From an uncultured Solirubrobacterales bacterium (GTDB lineage: Bacteria > Actinomycetota > Thermoleophilia > Solirubrobacterales > Solirubrobacteraceae), in assembly GCA_963753145.1 (NCBI GenBank), contig CAVWAX010000001.1:39573-103572 (forward strand): a DNA stretch of 64,000 bases. Reading direction: 5' to 3'. How positions within the stretch are numbered: position 1 is the stretch's first letter; each line of letters opens with the position of its first letter. The translations under genes and the position numbers were made by a program. Below are positions 57,796 through 64,000 of this stretch, piece by piece. The notes below the pieces were generated by a model. The model was given only the letters and a program-made list of their open reading frames with translations. It had not been told where the DNA came from and made no database searches.

Positions 57796-58638
57796 TCAGC
57801 GCACAGTAAAGCCGGTCGCGGTCCGCGCGCGCAGCGCCGCCTCCAAGCGCTCCAGTCCATGGCGCACGACCTGCTCCTCGGGGGTCGCGGTCGTGTTCGG
57901 GAGCGAGCGGTGCGCGGCCCGCTCGACCTCGGCGCGCAGTTCTCTGAGCTCCTCGATGCGCTGCGTCAGGTCGGCGCGGCGCTGCGCATCGAGCTCCACC
58001 AGCCCGGTCGCATATGCGCGCTCCAGCCCGATCGCCGCCAGCTCGATGCGACCCGAGTCCAGGTCCATGCGCGCGCGCAACACCAGCTCCTCGCAGAGCA
58101 GCGGCTGCTCGCGGCCGGAGAGCAGCATCGCCAAGCGCTCCTGCGGGCGCAGCACGCTGGCTCGGCGACCGGCTCGCTTGCGTGAGAGGACCAGCTCGCG
58201 CGCGTCGCTCCACAAGCCGTCCGCCACCTGCTCGCCCTCGCCGTAGCCGGCCCTCACGATCAGCGCCTGCGGGGCGGCCACTTCGCGCACGTGGGCCTCG
58301 GCGCCCGCGATGCGGTGAGCCCACAGCACCCGGTTGAGCACCGCCGCCGCCGCGTCCGCCTCGCGCTCGGGGTCGAGTTGGCGTAGCCAGGCGCGCGCCT
58401 GGGTCTCCAGCGACAGGGGCACCGGATCGACCACCGTCGCGCGCGTCACCGGCACCGGCGCGGGCGTCCCGTCTGTGCGCCGGGTGCGCGTCCGGCCGCC
58501 CAGCAGGCCCCTACGCTCGGCGCCGACGGTCGAGAGCACCACGACATGCTCGGGCTCGGCCTCGCCCGGCCCGGCTTGCCTGCGCAGCAGGTAGCGCCCG
58601 TCGGCCGGTCCCAGCTCCCAAGGAAGCTCCATCTGCAC
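57796..58638 (-). CDS. Conserved hypothetical protein
   Basis: QMELPWELGPADGRYLLR, LLCEELVLRARMD; codon pattern typical of real genes here. Confidence 0.7.
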   Translation of the reverse strand: MQMELPWELGPADGRYLLRRQAGPGEAEPEHVVVLSTVGAERRGLLGGRTRTRRTDGTPAPVPVTRATVVDPVPLSLETQARAWLRQLDPEREADAAAAVLNRVLWAHRIAGAEAHVREVAAPQALIVRAGYGEGEQVADGLWSDARELVLSRKRAGRRASVLRPQERLAMLLSGREQPLLCEELVLRARMDLDSGRIELAAIGLERAYATGLVELDAQRRADLTQRIEELRELRAEVERAAHRSLPNTTATPEEQVVRHGLERLEAALRARTATGFTVR

Positions 58639-58769
58639 GAAGGTGAACAGGCGCCACCGTCATCCGTTGCACGGTACCCCCTCGCGCCCTCCGCGGCCGA
58701 GCCCCGCAAACTCCGCCGAACTCGACTAGCCTTATGCGCCCCGATGCGCGAAGCGAGAAGCAGTTGAGC

Positions 58770-59333
58770 ATGTCCGACGGCGCGAGCCACACCGCCAAGC
58801 TGCGCGAGCGCTTGACGACGGGCACCGAGGACAAGCTGGGTCGCGCCCTGGCCGACCTGCTCGACAACCCGCTCGTCACCGGCACGATCGGCCGCGCCTT
58901 CGACGCGCGCGAGCGCGCCGTCCAGGCCCAGGAGCTGGCCTTGAGCGCGCTCAACATCCCCACCGCCGCCGACATAGAACGGCTCACGCGGCGCGTGCGC
59001 TCGGTCTCCCAGCGCCTGGAGGGCATCGAGGACGGCGTACACCGGCTCAACCGGGCTTTGAGCGACGGCTCGGTCGAGCGGCGTTTGGCGGCGATGGAGG
59101 AGCAGCTTCAGGTCCTGAGCAGCAAGCTGCCGCGTGTCGTGGGGGCGTCCCCATCAACTGAGGAGGGTGACTCGCGCGCGCGGGGGGCCTTTGCCGAGCC
59201 GCCGTCCTCGCCGGCTTCCAAGCAGCGGTCCGCCCGGTCTGCGCCCAAGCGCGCCGGCTCCGCTTCCAAGCCGGCCGGATCGTCTACCAAGCGGGCGTCG
59301 GCGACCAAGCGCGCCGCCAAGAAGAGCTCCTAG
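58770..59333 (+). CDS. Phasin-like coiled-coil protein with basic low-complexity tail
   Basis: LNIPTAADIERLTRRVRSVSQRLEGIED; tail rich in K/R/S/A. Confidence 0.65.
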   Translation: MSDGASHTAKLRERLTTGTEDKLGRALADLLDNPLVTGTIGRAFDARERAVQAQELALSALNIPTAADIERLTRRVRSVSQRLEGIEDGVHRLNRALSDGSVERRLAAMEEQLQVLSSKLPRVVGASPSTEEGDSRARGAFAEPPSSPASKQRSARSAPKRAGSASKPAGSSTKRASATKRAAKKSS

Positions 59334-60063
59334 ATCGCGGCGAGCGCCGCGGCAGCCACGCTGCCCATCGCCTCGGCGCCGCGCGTCAGCGCGTCCTCCT
59401 CGATTCGCCTGCGTCCGCCACGCTCGTCGAAGGTGTCGGTCACGAGCAGCAGGCACGCGACCTGGATGCCCGCCGCCGCGCCCACCGCGAACAGGGCCGC
59501 CGCCTCCATCTCCACGGCGATCGCGCCTTCGACTTGCCACGCCGCGTTGCGTGCGTCGTCGCGCTCGTAGAACAGGTCGGTGCTCACGATGCGCCCCGTC
59601 CTGTGGCCGCGCTCGCCCAGTCGCCAGGAAGCGCTCTGCCTGCTCCTCGAGGGCGTCGCTCAGCGCAGCGTCGGCACGCACCAGCCGGCCCGCCCCCGAG
59701 CGCCGCGCTGGTCCCATCCGCGCCGATCGCCTCACGCGCCACGACCAGATCGCCGAGGCCGAGCATCGGGTCGAGCGCCCCACAGGTGCCCACCCGGATC
59801 GCGCGCCTCGCGCCGAGCGCGACCAGCTCGTGCATCACGATCGCCGCGCTCGGCCCACCCATGCCCGTGCTCTGGACCGTCAGCGCCTCGCCGTCGCCGG
59901 CCGTGCCCGTGTAGCCCCAAAGCCCCCTGTGATGGTTGAACATCAGCGGCTTCTCGCACAGGTACTGAGCCAGCAGCAGTGCCCGTCCCGGGTCCCCCGG
60001 CAACAGCACCCGCTCGGCGAGTTCCGCGGTCGGGCGCAGGTGGATCGGCTCGGTTGGGCTCAT
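59330..60063 (-). pseudogene. Purine-nucleoside phosphorylase (DeoD-type) with two +1 frameshifts (~59695 and ~59629)
   Basis: LLPGDPGRA, STGMGGPSA, RVGTCG, then IVSTDLFY and AVEMEAAALF in other frames. The span is 734 nt (3n+2). Confidence 0.85.
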
Positions 60064-60157
60064 CCGTTGGGGACCCTAACCGTCCTGCGTCGCAAACGAC
60101 GTGCTGTTTGCGAATTTCGAGGCTCGCTCCCCGCGACAGGCCTCTTAGACTTGCCCC

Positions 60158-61384
60158 GTGGCCACAACGCAGAAGCAACCCGAGGTCGATGCCGGCCACC
60201 CGAATCTGGCCCGAGTCGCCGAGGGCGCGGGCGTGTCTGGGGCTACCGTCAGGCGCTGGGTCAAGGAGGGCTTGGTGCCGCAGTACGAGGGCGTCTGGAG
60301 TCCCCAGGCCGTCGCTCAGGTAGGCATCGTCGCTCGGCTGCGCGAGCGGGGGCATTCCTTGGAGGACATCCGTCGCGCCCACCAGAGCGGTCAGCTGGCC
60401 GGCTACGTCCAAGGCATGTTCGCCCCGCCCGAGGGCCGCTACACCCTGGCCCAGGTGGCCCGCGAGGCGGAGATCGACGAGGAGTTGATCGAGCGCATCT
60501 ACATGAGCCTCGGTCTCAGTGCGCTCTCCTTGGACTCGATCGGCGAGGAAGACATGGAGATGGTCCGCTACCTGGCCGCGATGCTGTCCGCCGGGATGCC
60601 CGAGACGGTGCTGCTCCAGCTGGCCCGCGTCTACGGCCAAACCCTGGCTCAGATCGCCGACGCCGAGGTGCGCCTGATCCACCTGCACGTCCACGAGCCG
60701 ATGATGCGCGAGGGGATGCCCGGCGCCCAGATGGCCGAGGCGATGGAGGGCCTGGCAGCCGAGCTCCTGCCCTTCGCCGCCCCATTCATGCGCTACCTAC
60801 ACGGCCGCTTCCTCGGCCATTTCATCGAGCAGGACGTGATCGGCCACATGGAGGCGGACCTCGCCGGCGGCATCCCCGACGAGGGGCGCCTGCGGGTCGC
60901 GATCGCCTTCGCCGATCTCGCGGGCTACACGAAGCTGACCGAGGAGCGCGGCGACGAGGAGGCGGTCGGCGTGGTCGAACGCTTCGTCGAGGCCGTCCAG
61001 CAGTCCCTGCCAATCGATGCCCGCGTGATCAAGACGCTCGGCGACGAGGTCATGGTCGTCGGCGCCGACGTGGTCGCGCTCACCCGCTGGGCCGTCGATT
61101 TCCAGCGCGAAGTCGAACCCCAGGACCCCGCCCCGCGGATCGGCATTCACAGTGGTGAGGCGCTCTACCGCGACGGCGACTACTACGGGCGCGACGTCAA
61201 CCAGGCCGCCCGCGTCGTCGCCCGCGCCGCCGGGGGAGAGGTGCTCGTCACGCGCCCGGTGGTGGACAGCGCGGCCTCCGTCGAGGGCGTGCGCTTCGAG
61301 CTGATCGGGGAAATCGGGCTCAAGGGCTTCACCGAGCCGATCGAGCTGTTCGACGCGCTGCCGTCTCGCGAGGGGGGGCAGTGA
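60158..61384 (+). CDS. Class III adenylate cyclase with MerR-like HTH regulatory domains
   Basis: GVSGATVRRW HTH, FADLAGYT, IKTLGDEVM, DYYGRDVNQAAR; TAGACT 6 nt upstream. Confidence 0.88.
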   Translation: MATTQKQPEVDAGHPNLARVAEGAGVSGATVRRWVKEGLVPQYEGVWSPQAVAQVGIVARLRERGHSLEDIRRAHQSGQLAGYVQGMFAPPEGRYTLAQVAREAEIDEELIERIYMSLGLSALSLDSIGEEDMEMVRYLAAMLSAGMPETVLLQLARVYGQTLAQIADAEVRLIHLHVHEPMMREGMPGAQMAEAMEGLAAELLPFAAPFMRYLHGRFLGHFIEQDVIGHMEADLAGGIPDEGRLRVAIAFADLAGYTKLTEERGDEEAVGVVERFVEAVQQSLPIDARVIKTLGDEVMVVGADVVALTRWAVDFQREVEPQDPAPRIGIHSGEALYRDGDYYGRDVNQAARVVARAAGGEVLVTRPVVDSAASVEGVRFELIGEIGLKGFTEPIELFDALPSREGGQ

Positions 61385-61561
61385 TCTGCTCTGCGGTGGC
61401 GTCGATCTCGTTGGTTCTCGTGGTTGTCTCCTAAGGTTGCGGATCGCGACTGGGCTGTGTTGTGGGTTCAAAATTTTGCAAAGCTTTCCGGTTGTAATGA
61501 TTTCGCCGCGACACGAATCGATAATTTCGAATAGACATCCCCTCGGCTGCTCTATCGGGCA

Positions 61562-62515
61562 ATGATGCGAACGAGCGTCACTCGCATACGGGACCGCGTG
61601 CGAGATGACGAGCTACTCGCGGCAGGGTGTGAGGTCGTCGCGATGCTCTCGGGTGGGCGTGACTCTGTCTGCCTGCTCGATCTGGCCGTGGCCCTGTGTG
61701 GCGCCGATCGCGTGTGTGCTCTGCACGTCAACTACCAGCTGCGATCGGCCTCCGACGTCGATGAGGCCCACTGTCGCGAGCTGTGCGGTCGGCTAGGCGT
61801 GCGGATCGAGGTGGTGCGCGCCCGGCGCGACCCCGACGCCACGGGGAACCTGCACGCCTGGGCGCGCGAGTTGCGCTACCAAGCGGCTTTCGAGTTGGCC
61901 CAGGCGTCCCTGGTCGCGACCGGCCACACCGCTACCGATCAAGTCGAGACGATCCTCTACCGGCTCGCAGCCTCGCCCGGACGGCGCGCCCTGCTCGGCA
62001 TGCCTGCGCGCGAGGGGACCTTGGTGCGCCCGCTGCTTGGCTTGACGCGCGCCGAGACCGCCGCCTACTGTCAGGAGCGGGGCTTGGCCTGGCGCGAGGA
62101 TGAGAGCAACGACAGCGCCGAGTATGCGCGCTCTCGCGTACGCCACGGCCTGCTTCCGGCCTTGGAAGTCGTTCACCCCGCGGCCTGCTCCAACGTGCTG
62201 CGCACGGCCGCGCTCTTGCGGCAGGAGACCGAACTGCTCGATGGGCTGGTGGACGGCGAGCTGGCGGGCGCCGAGCGGATCTCGATCGCGCGCCTCGGCG
62301 ACTTGGCTCCGGCGCTACAGCGATTGATCGTCATCCGTCTCGCCGAGACGGCTGCCGCGACCTTCGTGCCCCAGGCCGGCGACCGCGTCGAGGAGATCCT
62401 CGCGCTCGCCGAGCGGCGCGATCACGCCGAACTACATGTGGGTGGGCTCGTCTCCGCCGTGATCGAGCAAGGGCAGCTGCGCATGGTTGCGATCGAGCCC
62501 CGCCCCCAGCATTAA
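61562..62515 (+). CDS. tilS: tRNA(Ile)-lysidine synthetase
   Basis: SGGRDS PP-loop, ARELRY, TGHTATDQVET, RPLL, DESN..RSRVR; tilS-hpt-ftsH order. Confidence 0.93.
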   Translation: MMRTSVTRIRDRVRDDELLAAGCEVVAMLSGGRDSVCLLDLAVALCGADRVCALHVNYQLRSASDVDEAHCRELCGRLGVRIEVVRARRDPDATGNLHAWARELRYQAAFELAQASLVATGHTATDQVETILYRLAASPGRRALLGMPAREGTLVRPLLGLTRAETAAYCQERGLAWREDESNDSAEYARSRVRHGLLPALEVVHPAACSNVLRTAALLRQETELLDGLVDGELAGAERISIARLGDLAPALQRLIVIRLAETAAATFVPQAGDRVEEILALAERRDHAELHVGGLVSAVIEQGQLRMVAIEPRPQH

Positions 62516-62526
62516 ATACACTGCGC

Positions 62527-63093
62527 TTGGTGGTCCCACGATCCGAGCCTCTCGCTGCCGCACCCGGCGCCGACTCCGAAGTGGGGGAGGTGCTCGTCGG
62601 CGCCGAGGAGCTCTCCCAGCGCGTGCGCGAACTGGGAGAGGCGATCTCGCGCGATTACGCCGGGCGTCCGTTGTTGCTCGTCGGCGTGCTCAAGGGCGCC
62701 GTGTTCTTCCTGTCCGACCTCATGCGCCACGTCGACATCCCGGTGGAGGTCGACTTCATGGCGGTCGCCTCCTACGGCTCGGCCACCGACTCCTCCGGGG
62801 TCGTGCGCATCCTCAAGGATCTCGACATCGCGATCGAGGGCCGAGACGTCTTGATCGTCGAGGACATCGTCGACTCGGGGCTCACCCTGCAATATCTGTT
62901 GCGCAATCTCGGCTCGCGCAATCCCGCGTCGTTGGAGGTATGTGCACTGCTCACCAAGCCCGACCGCCGCAAGGTTGACCTTCCGACCAGGTACGTCGGC
63001 TTCGAGATCCCTGACCGCTTCGTGATCGGCTATGGCCTGGACTACGCGGAGCGTCACCGCAACCTGCCCTTTGTGGCCGCTCTGGCACGCTAA
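62527..63093 (+). CDS. hpt: Hypoxanthine phosphoribosyltransferase
   Basis: GVLKGA, SSGVVRILKD, LIVEDIVDSGLTL, FVIGYGLDY. Confidence 0.96.
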   Translation: MVVPRSEPLAAAPGADSEVGEVLVGAEELSQRVRELGEAISRDYAGRPLLLVGVLKGAVFFLSDLMRHVDIPVEVDFMAVASYGSATDSSGVVRILKDLDIAIEGRDVLIVEDIVDSGLTLQYLLRNLGSRNPASLEVCALLTKPDRRKVDLPTRYVGFEIPDRFVIGYGLDYAERHRNLPFVAALAR

Positions 63094-63102
63094 CCTTCTC
63101 CC

Positions 63103-64000
63103 ATGAGCCGATTCTTCAAGAGCGCGGCTTTCCCGATCCTGATCGTGGTCGTGCTCGCCTTCTTCCTCTCCAAGCTGGTGGTCCCCAGCTCGCAGAAAGG
63201 GCCCGAACACACCTACCAGACGCTCGTCTCCACCGATATCCCCAACCATCTCGTCAAGTCCGCCGAGATGAAGGTCAAAGACAACGCGGTCTCGGTGGAA
63301 CTGAACAACAAAGAAAAATACGAAGTGGGCATCTTCGACCAGCAGGTCCCACAGCTGGAAGGCGAATTGAAGAAGGCTGGGGCCAAGTTCAACGTGGAAT
63401 CGAACAAAACCTCGATCTGGCCGTCGCTGCTCACCTTCGCGCTGCCGCTCGTCCTGATCCTCGGCTTCTGGTTCTTCTTGATCAACCAGGTCCAGGGTGG
63501 AGGCTCGCGCGTGATGAGCTTCGGCAAGTCGCGAGCCAAGCGGTTGTCGGCCGACTCGCCCAAGATCACGTTCCGTGACGTCGCCGGGGTCGACGAGGCC
63601 GTCGAGGAGTTGCATGAGATCAAGGAGTTCCTGGAGAACCCCAAGAAGTTCCAGGCGCTCGGCGCCCGAATACCCACCGGTGTGCTGCTCTACGGTCCTC
63701 CAGGGACCGGCAAGACACTGCTGGCCCGCGCGGTCGCGGGCGAGGCCGGCGTGCCGTTCTTCTCGATCTCGGGCTCCGATTTCGTCGAGATGTTCGTCGG
63801 TGTCGGCGCCTCCCGCGTACGCGACCTGTTCGAGCAGGCCAAGCAGAACTCCCCTTGCATCATCTTCATGGATGAGATCGACGCCGTCGGGCGCCACCGC
63901 GGCGCCGGGCTCGGTGGCGGTCACGACGAGCGCGAGCAGACCCTCAACCAGCTCTTGGTCGAGATGGACGGCTTCGAGGCCAAGGACAACATCATCATGA
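63103..64000 (+). CDS. ftsH: ATP-dependent zinc metalloprotease FtsH (3' end runs off the window)
   Basis: Manual translation: [13 protein letters not shown], two TMs, [44 protein letters not shown]. Confidence 0.97.
   Translation, partial: MSRFFKSAAFPILIVVVLAFFLSKLVVPSSQKGPEHTYQTLVSTDIPNHLVKSAEMKVKDNAVSVELNNKEKYEVGIFDQQVPQLEGELKKAGAKFNVESNKTSIWPSLLTFALPLVLILGFWFFLINQVQGGGSRVMSFGKSRAKRLSADSPKITFRDVAGVDEAVEELHEIKEFLENPKKFQALGARIPTGVLLYGPPGTGKTLLARAVAGEAGVPFFSISGSDFVEMFVGVGASRVRDLFEQAKQNSPCIIFMDEIDAVGRHRGAGLGGGHDEREQTLNQLLVEMDGFEAKDNIIM

Noticed and set aside
21994-60063. Programmed ribosomal frameshifting in tusE, the M50 protease, AKR and PNP
   Set aside because: All five events are +1 extensions of short homopolymers in unrelated genes with no slippery heptamer or stimulator seen. 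This fits long-read consensus errors.
1120-60694. Many long antisense or alternate-frame ORFs in the track (e.g. 1157-2416, 27155-28720, 53088-54722, 54735-56525, 55808-58246)
   Set aside because: They shadow well-supported genes, are Arg/Ala/Pro-rich with no motifs, and are expected in 70% GC DNA.
61469-61487. Overlapping short palindromes CAAAATTTTG, TTTGCAAA and AAAGCTTT upstream of tilS
   Set aside because: They are only 8-10 bp in an AT-rich promoter region, so chance or ordinary operator sites suffice.
63661-63700. FtsH reads RIPTG instead of the usual RIPKG
   Set aside because: A single substitution outside the Walker motifs, with no evidence of functional meaning.
1-64000. tRNA, rRNA, CRISPR array or IS elements
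   Set aside because: None recognised on either strand by eye. A covariance or HMM scan was not possible.

Overview
High-GC (about 70%) actinobacterial chromosome segment. Gene content and the many leaderless TANNNT promoters suggest Thermoleophilia/Solirubrobacterales (inference). Positions ~1.7-40.6 kb form an accessory low-oxygen/stress region. It holds a 2-oxoacid oxidoreductase operon whose delta subunit is fused to a GltD-like flavoprotein, an SQR-TusE-DsrE2 sulfur relay, an Hsp20/aeRF1-like/PRTase-hydrolase operon, USPs, a CtpE-like ATPase, an M50-CBS protease, arsenic genes, a VapBC pair and a signalling cluster. Much of this parallels the mycobacterial DosR regulon. Positions ~40.7-64 kb look more like core genome: TPP riboswitch-thiZXY, MoxR/VWA, MNT-HEPN, EVE, beta-oxidation genes, GGDEF-EAL, PNP, adenylate cyclase and tilS-hpt-ftsH. 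The most unusual non-coding feature is at 23658-23729: three abutting perfect 24-bp palindromes with different arms and the same CATG centre. Five +1 homopolymer frameshifts in four genes look like sequencing errors. One nonsense codon and three deletion scars look like real decay. I recognised no tRNA, rRNA, CRISPR array, transposase or integrase. All family calls come from motif recognition; no searches were run.
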